Source: Selaginella moellendorffii
Lineage: Eukaryota > Plantae > Lycopodiophyta
NCBI RefSeq assembly: GCF_000143415.4
Contig: NW_003314346.1
Coordinates: 1-64,000, forward strand
Direction: 5' to 3'
Length of the DNA stretch: 64,000 nucleotides
Each line of letters starts with the position of its first letter. Positions within the stretch are counted from its first letter, which is position 1. The position numbers were made by a program, and so were the translations under genes. Of this stretch, positions 39,409-52,390 are shown in pieces. The notes beneath the pieces are model-generated. The model was given only the letters and a program-made list of their open reading frames with translations. It had not been told where the DNA came from and did not search any database.

Positions 39409-42400
39409 CTAATCTTTATTACAATGCTCATACTCCGTGACAAGCTCACGAGCATGTGTAAGATTACTAAGAGGTTCCCAAGTTGATTCACAAGTTGGGT
39501 AACCTTTCCACTTAACGAGATACTCCCGACGTTTGGCACGTTTAAGCCAGCGCGAATCCAAAATAGCTTCGACTTCATACTCAGGTTCACCATCCACAAC
39601 GTCTGGCGGTGGACGAATCTCCCGTTGACGTGCAACATCCACAGTGTAAGGTGCCAATAAATTGGCATGAAATACATTATGAACATTGGACATCTCCGCA
39701 GGCAGATCCAACCGATAGGATACATCACCAAGACGTTTTAACACCCGATAGGGTCCAACATATCTCGGCAAGAACTTCCGAGACAAAGAACCCTTAATGT
39801 TCAAGTTGCGGGAAGATAGCCACACCTGATCTCCCACTTGATAGGATACATCCCGACGATGCTGATCCTTATCACGTCGATACCTATCCTGAGCTTTGCC
39901 CATCGCCTCGGTAGCTTTAGACCAACCTTGACGTAGCTGCTCCGCATAAGTTTCCACGGCTGGGACCAACACCTCGGTCATTGGTTTTGGGACAACGATC
40001 TGTTGAGGAACCCCACGAGCATTCCCTTGCAACATCTCCCATGGAGAACAGCCTATAGAGCTGTGAAATGTGTTGTTATAACATATTTCTGCTGTATCCA
40101 AATGCTCAACCCAGTCGCGTTGGTCCGCTGCGACATAGTACCGCAGATAATCCTCAACTTGAGCATTCACGCGTTCGGTCTGCCCATCAGTTTGAGGATG
40201 ATAAGCCGTACTAAACTTCAACTTGGTACCAAACAACTGGAATAGGGTTCCCCAAAACTTCCCCGTAAACCTCGAATCTCTATCTGAGATCATTTCTTCA
40301 GGAAGACCACGAACCCGCACTACTTCATGGAAAAAGAGCTTTGCTGCTTGTTTCGCATTTACTGTTCCCACAGTTGGAACGAAGTGTGCAATCTTTGACA
40401 ACCGATCCACAACCACCATCAAAGTATCATAACCCTTAGACTTCGGCAAGCAAGTGATGAAATCAAGTGTCACACTTTGAAATGGCCATGCCGGTGCTGG
40501 AATGCACTGCAACTTTCCAGCCTGCTTCTCAGTTCTGCGCTTACATTGCTGGCATACAGGACAGGAACGGACATAGTCCGCTACATCATCTTCCATACCA
40601 GACCAGAAAAATCCCTTTTTCAATGAAGCTAGAGTCTTTCGCTTCCCACCATGTCCCGCTGCTGGAACATCATGATGTTCCCGCAGAAATAACTGCTGAA
40701 GATCCTTAGAGGGAAGATACAATCTTTCTTGCTTATAGAATATAAGCCCATCCCGAACTGAGAAGTGAAGCTTCGCATTAGTGCGACTAGCAACTTTTGC
40801 TGCTTCGCTACCAGGGCTCTGCTTCAACAACCCCGCACGGCATAAGATTGCCTTCGCCAATGGATCACTTCCATATGAAGCCCGAACGTCTTCCAACCAA
40901 TCCGAACTGATTGCCGATATTGCCCGGAATTGAGCTTGACGACTCAACGCATCCGGAACAATATTGTCTTTACCAGGTTTATATATGATTTCAATATCAT
41001 ATCTAGCAAGCTTCTCTTACCAACGAGCCTGCTTCGGCGTAAGCTTAGGCTGCGTAGCAAAGTAGCTTAGTGTGTTACTATCCGTATAAACCTTGGTATG
41101 TCCACCCAAGTAGTGTCTCCAGTGTTCCAGGGCCGACACTATAGCAAACATCTCTTTCTCGTGCGTTGGCCACTTTCGTTGGGTCTCATCCAATTTCTTG
41201 GAATAGAACGCAACGGGACAACCATGTCGCCTTAGCGTAACACCAATCGCTTTGTCACAATCTTGCTGCAACACGGCACCAATAGCATAGCCAGATGCAT
41301 CACAATGCACTTCGAAGGGTTTATCAAGATCTGGGATCCTGAGAACAGGAACTGTAGTCAAGATCTCCTCCAACCGTGCAAAAGCACGCTGGCAAACTGG
41401 TGTCCAATGAAACGGAATACTACTCTTCGTCAACTCAGTCAACGGAAGAGCAATCCTTGCAAAATTGCGGACAAACTTACGATAGTATCCCGCCAAACCG
41501 AGAAAGGATCGAACATCTGATACAGTGGTCGGAACTTCCCAGGACTTCACTGCTTCCACCTTCTTTGGATCGACCTCAATCACGCCACCACCAACTATAT
41601 GTCCGAGAAAGTTTACGCGCAATTGTCCAAAAGCGCATTTACTTTCCTTAGCATACAGTTTGTGTTCGCGCAACTTCTGAAACACCAGCTCCAAGTGTTT
41701 CAAATGATCCTCCAACGTTTCACTAAAGACTAGAACATCGTCAATATACAGGACAACAAATGCATCCAAGTAATCTCCGAATATTCTATCCATCATAGTG
41801 CTGAACGTTGCCGGAGCATTGCATAATCCAAATGGCATGACAAGGAACTCATAAGATCCGTACCGAGTCTTAAAGGCTGTCTTCTCCACATCCTGACCTG
41901 CCACCCGTATCTGATGATACCCGGACCGCAAATCAAGTCGCGTAAAATATTTAGCCTTTAAGAGTTGGTCAAACAAGTCATCAATGCGAGGCAAAGGATA
42001 ACTGTTTTTAACCGTGATCTTGTTGAGTGCCCGATAGTCAATACACATCCTCATGGTTCCATCCTTTTTCATAACAAAAAGGATTGGCGCTCCATAAGGT
42101 GACTTGCTTGGTCGGATATGACCTTTTTCAAGAAGCTCCGTGAGTTGCTTCTTGAGTTCAGCCATCTCCTTGATGTTCAACCGATATGGAGCTTTCGTAG
42201 GTGGTTTAGAACCCGGAATAACCTCAATCCGATAATCAACCTCACGGCTAGGTGGTAGCCCTGGCGGCAAATCCTTCGGGAAGATATCCTGATTCCTCGC
42301 CAACAACTCCATTAACTTCTGTGGTACAGGATCAACCCCATCACCGATTCGAACCGAATCACCCACACTCTCAGCTTCCATCACTTGAACCCAAAAGGTC

Positions 42401-44124
42401 TGACATCCCCTTTTAGCTGCTTTTTGAGCGGCCCTCGTAGTCAGGAACTTTGCACCCCAATCCTTTGAGGAACGCTTTTGCAACTGAAAGGATACATCAG
42501 GATGTCCTTCTGACTTCAACGTGATACGACTTTGTCCAGCACCATAAATCCCTTTTATATACTTGTTGAAGAAATCCATACCAAACACCATCTGAAAATA
42601 TGGTATCTTCAACACTACCAAGTCCACTCTTTCTTTCCACTTGGATATCTTTATTGGAACATCACTCACAAACTTTCTGGCTACTTGCCCACCTTCCGCA
42701 AACCGGAAGTGCATAGGCGACATTTGCTCAGCATTCAATCCTAACAACTTAACTAAGTCTTCGGATATCACACTGTGCGTAGCTCCCGTGTCAATCATCA
42801 CTCGGATTCGGTGTCCACGGACAAAGCCTACCAGATACATCAACGGATCAGTGTTTGCATTGACTGCAAGAAAAGCTTGAGGAAAGCAACGAAAGTTACT
42901 CACCTCCTCTTCCTCATAGTCTGCATTGACCAACTCGTCAACCCCTTCGGCTTCGCCACCACCGTCTTCCCGCATGACATTAACCCGAGACCTTGTCTTA
43001 TGCTTGTTGGGACATTCCGAGGACCTATGTCCCGACTCTCCACAATGGAAGCAATGGCCCACACTACCCGTTCTGCTAGGAGCAGGTTTTGTAGGTTGCT
43101 GCTGCTTGTACCCACCAGGAGGAGGAACAGAGGGCCTAGGACCAGAAGAAGCTGCTGGTGGTCTCCAACCACCACCACCTTTATTCACCGTAGCTTGTGA
43201 GCCCCCAGGGCGGTATCTACTTTCCACCCTTTGTTTCCGATCACCTAGCTTATTCCCAGAATTTTTATTCTTGTCCGAATTACCAGCATACGATTGCTGA
43301 TATTGTTCTATGAGCGAGTGACTAAAGGCAACTTGCTGTGCTGCCTCCTTACACTCCAGGTACGTCTTCGGCTTAAACTTCAAAATCTCATTTCGAGAAA
43401 GTGAACTTAAACCCTCCAGGAAATAACTCCGAGCATCTTCGTCACTCATATTTGCAATCATAATGCGCTTCTGAGCAAACGCATTAACGTAATGCATAAG
43501 GTCCCCTCGCTGCTTTAACCGCCGCAGCTCTGCGCGAAGTCTCAGACCAAGATCATCCGGCAAGTATTCCTTACGGATACGAGACCGCATCTTGGTCCAA
43601 CTTCTAGTCTGCCCTTTTTCAGCACACACCTGGCGCCACCAAGTTTTGGCATGATCGGTGAGAAAGGATTGCGCGCACGCAACTTTCGTACGATCATCTA
43701 CATCTGCCGCTATGAAGTAGTTCTCCATATCGTAGACCCAGTCTTCCAAAACCTGATAGTCCCGCATGCCTCTGAAATTAGGTGGTTTTGGAGGCTTGAA
43801 CTTTGAAACTCGTGCAACCGGGGGCGGCTGCATAACTTCATCGTCCTCAGAACTTGAAGAGGAGTCCGGTTGCTTAGGCTTAGCTGGTTTAGCTGCCTCA
43901 GCTTCTTTCTTCCTCTTCTTGTTCTCCTTCTTCAATTTGCGAATCTCCTTTCGCAAATTCTCGATCTCGACTTCATGAGCCGTGCGCTGCAGTGCTGCAG
44001 CATTTGGCTCATGCTCTTCTGACTCAGCCTCAGCCCCTTCCGTAGCATCTCTAGCAGGAGTTTCCTCCTCTCGATTCGCCCGTCTAGAGGTTTCAGCGTC
44101 ATCAGCACGGTTCCTCTTCACCAT
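39409..44124 (-). CDS. Gag-Pol polyprotein with chromodomain; single nonsense codon (TAA at 41017-41019)
   Basis: [72 protein letters not shown]; the two track ORFs are in one frame (ARW*EKLARYD). Confidence 0.93.
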
Positions 44125-44132
44125 CCCGCTAG

Positions 44133-44181
44133 CTGCATGCATGCCTCTATCAGTAACTGAACATGCATACAACGTCCTTAC
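44133..44181 (-). other. Candidate 49-nt 5' UTR intron of element B
   Basis: GTAAGG donor, TACTGAT branch-like site, ATGCAG acceptor 8 nt before the ATG at 44124. Confidence 0.55.
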
Positions 44182-45231
44182 CGAATGGTGCAATCCAACT
44201 AATCCTACACAGGTCGCTTCGGATCTACTAGAAAAGTCTCTGCGTATGCAACTTGAGTCAGAAAATCCGACAAAAGTTGGATAGAAATCGCTGAGACAAT
44301 TTCTCTAATACCAAATGTAGCGCACCTGAATTTGGAGCCGAACTCCAAGCCCGTTGCGCTACGAAACGAGGGTCCGGTACAATCCCACGAGCACCAGCTC
44401 CCCGTATCTAGCACTTGCACGCAAAATGGTGTCAGACGGAGTCTGGCACAATTTTGGCATACCGGTGGCCTAACGCGAGGAGGAGGGTACTCCACCAACT
44501 AGAGCAGCGTGGAGCTTGGGCTTAGACCCAAGCCGGACGCAGAACAAGAAGCGACACAGCCCAGCGGAAGCCAAACTAATGTCTCAGGTGGTCGGACATG
44601 CATTCCAACCACTATCCCTACTATACATTTGGAACCCCCCACAGCCCCCCCCCCTTGAGGGACACACGCTTTGGGCTTTCACCCCAAGCCTCCCTTAGTA
44701 CCAGGAGTTAGTCTCTGGGACAAGTCCGAAACTTACTAAATATGGAATGTCCTTAGATTGCGAATTTGGACACGGGACGAACACTATTGTGTTCAGGCCG
44801 ATCTCTACATTCCGTAGATATGCCAAATGAGCTAATCTAGACACTTTCCATATTTAGCATTTAGGACCGAAATGAGACCAACACAAAGGATATGATAGCG
44901 AGGGTGTTTGGCAGACACGGTAAGCTATCATCCGGCGATATTGAGGGACTAGTCTCAACACGCGAGGGTTCTTGCCAAGCCAGTGCAAGACAGAGCAAAA
45001 GAGAACTAAAAAGCCGGGCCAAGTATGCTTGGCAAAATAGACACTTAGGAATTCCGTCCTTATGCTCATCCGGCCAAGTACAGATGCTAAGTCCAGTTTA
45101 CTAACACTTGGACAAGAGGGGCTATTAAAGGGAACCAGCAGTACCGACCTCCTGCCGTCATGGCAGTAAGGAAAGAGTGCCCGTAAGGACTGGTCGACAA
45201 GTATCTTTCGATACCCGAAGTCACATTCACA

Positions 45232-48200
45232 GTCAACTCCACTTCCCATCCTAGAAAGTTCTCTACTCGAGGGCACCATCATCCTCTCTTCTATTTCGTG
45301 CCAAAGTTCCAGTTATCATACTTTGTGCTAGGGCTGTTCATGGCCCTATCATTTGGCTACCTTACCGCTCCCTCCCTTGGAGCTTCCACTTTTGCCAAAT
45401 CGGAGCAATTCGGAATCCCTCCTTGGAAACACACTTCCTTTCCCGCAACTTGTTAGCGTCCAACACATTAGTGTTCCTCACCTAACTTTGTCACTTGGAT
45501 TCCTTCCAAGGGATTCCACGGCCCTATCTTGGCCATTCATCTTTTGCTCCTATCCGTTGATTGTTGCACCAAGCAACATCGAATCTCTACCTCTCTCCTT
45601 GAGGTATTGTTTCGGTTCCATAGCAAAGACTCTTCTTTGCCAAGTCCGGAGGATGTTCACCCCTAGTACATCTCTTTAGCATCTTCTGCTATGGGCTCTA
45701 TCCACGGCCCAACTTCATGACCCTCCCATGGGTCTTTTATAGAGACTACTTTCCTCGAACTCACTATGCCATCGCACGGACATAGTTTATTTCCCTTAGG
45801 TGCTCTTCCCACTTGATTATCACGACCAAGCCACACCACCTTAAACAGTTCAATTTCAACATTTTGAACCAGGAACTTCATTCCTTAGCCAACCAAGGAC
45901 CTTGTCCTTATCTGGCCATAAGATCACCTAGTGATCTCACCTTGGCACCTTAACAGAGTTGCCAAGAGGTACTTGGTTTTCTAGACCTCCAAGTTGTTGA
46001 CTATAACCCCGGGGGCATCCCCCACACTTGGCGGTGCACCCAAGCTAGCCCTTACGGCCAAGGGTTCATAGCAACTGAGATTAGGTGTCCCCATCTCACT
46101 CACCACGACCTTGGTGCCACTTGCACCAAAGTGTTCAAGTTAGATATGCTGAGCTTTCACACTAAGCAATCTAACCGTGCATCACGACTCCGAGGCATCC
46201 CTCGCTTGGCGGTGTGCCCAAACCAGTCTCCCCACTGAGAGTCCATGACCACCGAAATATGAGTGTCCTCATATTCCAAACCATCACCACGCCCTAGTGA
46301 TTTGGGACTCGAACCCAAGCACTAGAGGGTCGGGACTCGAACCCAACCTCCGTATATGCATCTACGGACGGCATCACACTAGATGCCTGGCGTGACTCCC
46401 CACGCCGGTGCACCAACCTATTTTTAAAGCGCGCTACAGATCACAGCTTAGGAACCTAGTTCCTCCACACTGCCAAGTCCTCTCACTTGACATGTCTGTG
46501 ATCATGCATGGACTCCTCCATGCTCGGCCCCATGGCCCACCCTTTTTGAAGTTATCACCTTCAACTAGGGTCTTTGTTCCCCCGACGGGCCAATCTCACT
46601 TGGCAAGTCCTCCGACCATTGTAACATGGTTCCTGCATAAGCGTGAAAGTCCTTGACCATCGACTTTCGTTCAAAGCCCTCTCTTTGAACACTCGGGAAC
46701 TACTTCCCTAACCTTGATAACCTTGCCTCATGGCAAGCTTCAAGACCACGCTTCTGCTGCGCCACTCTGATTTCGCGCGTTCCATGAACCATTTACACTT
46801 GGCCTTTCTAGGTACTACGCTACCTAGAATCGTCTTTGGGAACCTTGAAGGAACTCTGTCCCTCAGCTTGCTAAGGCCTCCCCTTTCGCAAGTTTTATAG
46901 TTGCCATATAGTCTAACATGGACAATTCCATATTTTAGACTCTCCATGGCATCACGGTTGCTAGCAACAACATCCTCGAGCACCCTCTTGATTCTCCACT
47001 CCCAACTTTCATAACCACTGTCGGATATGCCCTTTGATTTCTATGGTTCAATTCCATCCCAATACTACTTGCTTTTGGCTTCACACCTTTCCTTCGGTCA
47101 TTCTCCTCCAGACCAGGAGGATAGCTTTGCACTTTCTGTCCTGCTTTAGCAAGTATTCTTAGGGATGGACCTACCCAATAGCCTAGGGAGTGGTTCCTCA
47201 ATCCGGGTATGCTCACCTTATAATCCCACACACTGGGATTACATTGTTGCTTATGGGCCTTTACATGCCCATCACTAGCCTTGCCAAAATTCCATTTTTG
47301 GCTTTGTCCAATTCGGGTAGACAGTCCTCTCCTGTCTCCGCAACCTTGGACATTTGGATAGCACCTTCTATCCATCATTCGCTAGGGACTTAGTCCCTTG
47401 GGCTTTATCCATTGCCCTCGCGACATCAAACACCACCTTCTGGTGTTCTAGAGTGTCCGGGTGTCCCAATGATGGCTTTCTTGACAATGAGTATTTCCTT
47501 TTATGACATTGACTTACTATATCGCAACACAAGCAACTTATCCCCCGTAAGGGTATATCCAACTTCCTTATGCTATTAAGAAGTCTTGGGTAGCTACCTT
47601 CTACCTGTTTAATCAGTTATTTTGCACCTCTTGCTTAGTTGCCTCATAGTTGTCAAGTCCTACAACTCATTGCTTGGTGCTTTCACACCTCCATCATTAT
47701 CTGGGTCACCACACTCCAACTGCATGCTCTGCAGCTTAGGCTATGCTATTCCCATTTCCATTGGGATTCCTTTGGCAAGGGGTTCTCATGGACCCACCAT
47801 CATAGCCTCAAGGTATCACACCTTGGCACATTTGGTGTCTCCACACCATCGGCTCCACGAGCCTACCTCTATGACATTTCCCCTTCGTGTCTAAGTCTTT
47901 GCCAAGACCAACACCGCTCTTTCTCATGCCAACCATCCGTTAGCACTGCACCATAGAGGTCACACACAACTTTATGTCAGAGTTGTTTTCTTCTGGGAAC
48001 ACCTTTCCCATAACTTTAGCATGGCCTATTTTGCCATTGATGAGATACCCTCTGTTCTCATCCTTGGATCCTATGATCCCCCCCCCCATCCTTTGTGGGG
48101 TACAACACACCTCAGTCCAAATGCTTCCATCAGTCCTTTTAGGACCATCCGTTGACTCTACTTGAGTCATCCAGCAATTTTGGACTTGGTTAATCCACAG

Positions 48201-50866
48201 ACCCGTAAGGTCCTACTTGTGAGGCACTAGCTCACTGGAATACACTTCTTGCATTCCTGTCCTACTCAAAAGGACTATTTTCACAAGTGTTACTCCGACA
48301 CTTGATTTTGTTCTCTGGGGGCAACCTTTGCCCCTTAGGACTACTTGTCCATGTGATGAGAATACCAACTCATCCACTCAATACACCCCTAACTCCTTGG
48401 GTTGTTCCAGCATTTATTAGAGGTAGCCCCGGCTACCATTTCAAGGACTTGAGTCCTCTTCCGTATTTGACCTTCCACGGTCATTACCTTTGGTCTCACA
48501 TTCATGAGCACCAACCTCAACTATATGAGGATAATCTTGTGACTCCTTTATTGTTTTGGAGTCTTTATCTTTCCCGTGATCCCAACTTTGGTTGTTTACC
48601 ACAACAACCTTAGCCAATTTGCTGAGACAAATGCTCATCCGGATCACATCCTCAACTCAATGAGGAAAACCTTGCACTGTTCCCAAGATCCCAAAGTCGT
48701 TCCATTATTGGCACTTTTCTATCCACCACCTCGTCTACAAGTTCACACATGAACTGTAATGGAGAGCCATGTCTTCCCGACTTGCTACTCCTCAAGGATA
48801 GACCCACTCCTTGGACCTTCCGATGCCAACACTAGTGGTGATATACTTGAGCACCAATAAAAGTCGGACTAAGGAACGGCTCCGATACCAAATTTTAAGC
48901 GACTAAATTTTCCATTCTACTTTAGTCACTTAACCACACCTCCGACCACTTGGAGGAGTCTCATTCACAACCTCCATAAGTCCAATCCAGGACTTGGGAC
49001 TTGCTAGCCCCGAGAATGGCATCCATGCCACTCAACATTTGCACTTGGTCCAAGTGCTCCACGTGTCCAATCCCATGACCGACACTCAAAGGTACCACCG
49101 ACATAGCAGTGTAAGCGACTAAATTTTTCCATTCTACTTTAGTCACTTAACCACACCTCCGACCACTTGGAGGAGTCTCATTCACAACCTCCATAAGTCC
49201 CATTCAGGACTTGGGGCTTGCTAGCCCCGAGAATGGCATCCATGCCACTCAACCTTTGCACTTGGTCCAAGTGCTCCACATGTCTGATCCCATGACCGAC
49301 ACCCAAAGGTACCACTGACATCTCGGCCCGTTACGCTAAGGCCATGCCCATTCACCTTTGCTGCGCAAATGGTCCAATACCACTTGCATCACCATCCCGT
49401 CTCTCCAAGACTGGGCCATCTGTCTACGAGGGGTCATCCTGGATCCACTCCTTAGCATCCTTAGGATGCCCACAGACCTGGGGAATCGCCTTCCCCAAAG
49501 TCCCTTTGTTAGTTCCTACCAAGTCCCTTTCTGCCCCTGGCCGTGTTTGCCAACACTGCCACTGGATCGAGGCCCCCAGGCCCGACCACTAAGTCCCACG
49601 GTCCTCTGGGACTTCCTCACCACACGACTGTGTCCTTGGTCACTACCCCAGAGGACTGCTCCTCTTCCTTTCCACAGTCTGGGCCTTTGGGACGACATTT
49701 CGGAACACCGTGGCCTTACGCGAGCCACCTGGGTACTCTCCCCACCTATCGCCTTTAGGTGCTCTAGCCATGGGCTTAGAGCGAGGTTCCGTTGAGCCAC
49801 GCCTGGTATCCAAGTAGGTAGTGCCACCCACACTTGGACTGGGAGCATCGGCCAGTCGATCTCCCGGGGGAACTAGAGCCGGCTCTTGAACACTTCACCA
49901 AGCTACCCCGCTTGTCGGTCCGTATTCACTCTAGTCTTGGACTTCCCAGTGGTCAGTTCATCACCCAACACTGGGTCTGGCCTTCCTGGGCCAAACTGGC
50001 CTTTCCTGGCCAAACTGGCTCCACTGCAGTCCTCCCTCTACTATACTTTTGGAGCTCACCAAACCCCCCAGGGTCTGGGAGACGAACGCTTTGGGCTTTC
50101 ACCCTCTCAGGCTCCGGACTCGGACTCGGACTTGGATTCGGATTCGGACTCGGACTCGGGCTCGGGCTCGTTCTCGGCCTCGGCCTCGGTCTCGGTCTCG
50201 GTCCCGATCTCGGTCTCGGTCTCGGTCTCGGTCCCGGTCTCGGTCCCGGTCTCGGTCTCGACTTCATCTCGGACTCCATCTCGGACTCCATCTCGGGTCC
50301 ATCTCGGGTCCATCTCGGACTCCATCTCAGACTCCATCTCGGACTCCATCTCGGGTCCATCTCGGACTCCATCTCGGACTCCATTTCGGGTCCATCTCGG
50401 GTCCACCTCAGACTCCATCTCGGACTCCATCTCGGACTCCATCTCGGACTCCACTTCGGACTCCAACTCGGGTCCATCTCGGGTCCACCTCGGACTCCAC
50501 TTCGGACTCCAACTCGGGTCCATCTCGGACTCCACTTCGGACTCCAACTCGAGTCCATCTCGGACTCCACTTCGGACTCCAACTCGAGTCCATCTCGGAC
50601 TCCACTTCGGACTCCAACTCGAGTCCATTTCGGACACTCCCACATGTCATGTGTTGGTCCTTTTGGGTCCATTTTTGGAGCCTTGCCTTTTGCTCGCTTC
50701 GTGCTCGGTCCTCGAGCACTTCGTTGGGAGTTCCACTCCCGCTCTTGACTTTTCAAGTCGGAGCTTTTGGTCCAAACGTGTTACGCTCTTTTGGCTCTCG
50801 CTTCGGCCACTACCATGTGGCGCCCTTCCGGCTCCACTTTGGGGCCTAGGGATTTTGTGTCTCACA
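45232..50866 (-). mobile_element. Decayed non-coding gypsy element C (relative of A); 5' LTR ~48894-50866, own 3' LTR absent
   Basis: PBS GCTCCGATACCA 48879-48890; LTR 3' end similar to LTR A; probable LTR start TGTGAG at 50866; PPT GGGAAGTGGAG ~45237-45247; integrase relics (EDVVASNRD ~46960, EPCYN ~46625); 3' UTR motifs at 46010-46370 homologous to A. Confidence 0.75.
50110..50635 (-). repeat. CCGAGA/GGAGTCCGAGAT-type array in LTR C
   Basis: Clear 6/12/24-mer periodicity. Confidence 0.9.
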
Positions 50867-50964
50867 GGGAGGTACCACATGTCCCGCGGGCGTGCTTTTT
50901 GGCGCCCAGAAAGAACACGGGATTGTGGAGGTACGCTGCAGCTTTGGATCAAGCTGCCCCACAC

Positions 50965-50970
50965 TATAAG
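50965..50970 (+). promoter_or_regulatory. TATA-like upstream element of the 5S gene
   Basis: TATAAG at about -30 and C at -1, as in plant 5S upstream signals. Confidence 0.55.
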
Positions 50971-50994
50971 AGTAGGGGGAGTGTGAAATATTTC

Positions 50995-51114
50995 AGAGTG
51001 GGTTCAAACCGTGACTATGGCACTGGATCCCATCAGACCTCCAAAGTTAAGCGTCCCTGGGCTTGAATAGTACTGGGCTGGGTGACCACCTGGGAAGTCC
51101 AAGTGACCCCCTCT
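50995..51114 (+). rRNA. 5S rRNA gene, divergent variant (120 nt)
   Basis: GATCCCATCAGA, AGTTAAGCG (A box), AATAGTACTGGG, TGGGTGACC (C box), TGGGAAGTCC; all five helices can form. Confidence 0.88.
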
Positions 51115-51126
51115 TTTTGTTTTTTT
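51114..51126 (+). terminator. Pol III oligo-T terminator
   Basis: TTTTTGTTTTTTT directly after the 5S 3' end. Confidence 0.8.
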
Positions 51127-51404
51127 CCTTACAAGTCATTTATTTTTGTAAGATCACTGTTTTAATATATAAACTTTGAGTATTTTTCCATAGCATATAA
51201 GTGTATGGTCCTTAAATACTACTTACAATTGTCAATGTAAGGTGTGTTTGCCAAATTGTGTCATTAGTTAGTTATTAACTAGGATATAAGTCACAAAGAA
51301 TGTGTTGTGACTGTCACCACGTGGCATGGCAAGCAAGTCCAAACATATGTATTTCACATGGCATACAAGGACGCTAAACTCTAACTATGAGAACAAGCCA
51401 AAGG

Positions 51405-51610
51405 GCATGCCACGTGTCAATGTGACACACATTGAAAACCATAAAACTCACCAAAGCACATGCCACGTGTCAATGTGGCACACATTGAAAACCATAAAAC
51501 TCTGAGCACAAACCAAACTGCATGCCATGTGTCAATGTGGCACACATTGAAAACCATAAAACTCTATGAGATCAAACCAAAGGCCATGCCACGTGTCAAA
51601 ATAAAACTCG
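51405..51610. repeat. ~55-65 bp subrepeats (CATGCCACGTGTCAATGTGGCACACATTGAAAACCATAAAACTC) x3 plus a partial copy
   Basis: Direct tandem copies. Confidence 0.9.
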
Positions 51611-51980
51611 GATATATCCAGGGCCAGACACATCTGGGGCCCGGCATATCGGGTGCCCGACATGTACGGGGCCCGACATATCGGGTGCCCGACATGTCCG
51701 GGGCCCGATATATCTGGGGCCGGATATATCGGGTGCCCGACATGTCCGGGGCCGGATATATCGGGGCCCGGACATGTCCGGGGCCGGACATATCGGGTGC
51801 CCGACATGTCCGGGGCCGGATATATCGGGGCCCGGACATGTCTGGGTGCCCGATATGTCCGGGGCCAGACATATCGGGTGCCCGACATGTCCGGGGCCGG
51901 ATATATCGGGGCCCGGACATGTCTGGGTGCCCGACATATCTGGGGCCCGACATGTCCGGGGCCCGACATATCCAGGGCCT
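51611..51980. repeat. GC-rich ~16-17 bp quasi-palindromic subrepeat array (GGGCCCGACATATC / GGGTGCCCGACATGTCC)
   Basis: About 20 degenerate tandem units. Confidence 0.92.
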
Positions 51981-52029
51981 GAGGTATGCCACATGGCATA
52001 CAAGTGCAGAAGAGGTACCTTCCAATGTC

Positions 52030-52390
52030 ATGTCACGTGGCATGCAACCTCAAAGGTGCCACCTCTCCAAGGGTTTGTCACGTGACATGCAACCTCCAAG
52101 ATGCCACCTTTCCAAGGGTTTGCCACGTGGCATCCATAGGTACCACCTCTCCAAGGGTTTGTCACGTGGCATGCAACCTCCAAGATGCACCTTTCCAAGG
52201 GTTTGCCACGTGGCATCCATAGGTACCACCTCTCTAAGGGTTTGTCACGTGGCATGCAACCTCCAAGATGCCACCTCTCCAAGGGTTTGCCATGTGGCAT
52301 CCATAGGTACCAACTCTCCAAGGGTTTACCACGTGGCATGCAACCTCCAAGATGCCACCTCTCCAAGGGTTTGCCACGTGGCATGCTATA
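52030..52390. repeat. Alternating ~39/45 bp subrepeats, each with a CACGTGGCAT G-box core
   Basis: CCACCTCTCCAAGGGTTTGYCACGTGGCAT repeated ~8 times. Confidence 0.92.

Larger units (their letters stand above)
38150..45231 (-). mobile_element. Ty3/gypsy chromovirus element B (coding partner of the LARD)
   Basis: 5' LTR 44316-45231, PBS 44302-44313, PPT 38792-38804, 3' LTR 38150-38791 (interrupted by the LARD LTR); overlapping LTR parts essentially identical. Confidence 0.95.

Noticed and set aside
41017-41019. Intron or frameshift explaining the ORF break in element B
   Set aside because: The frame continues unchanged; it is a single nonsense codon
50970-51114. Cassandra-type TRIM (PPT-like AGGGGGAG, TG, then 5S)
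   Set aside because: No second LTR or PBS; the 5S is full length with its own TATA and T-terminator
51405-52390. CRISPR-like repeat arrays
   Set aside because: No unique spacers, no cas genes, eukaryotic context
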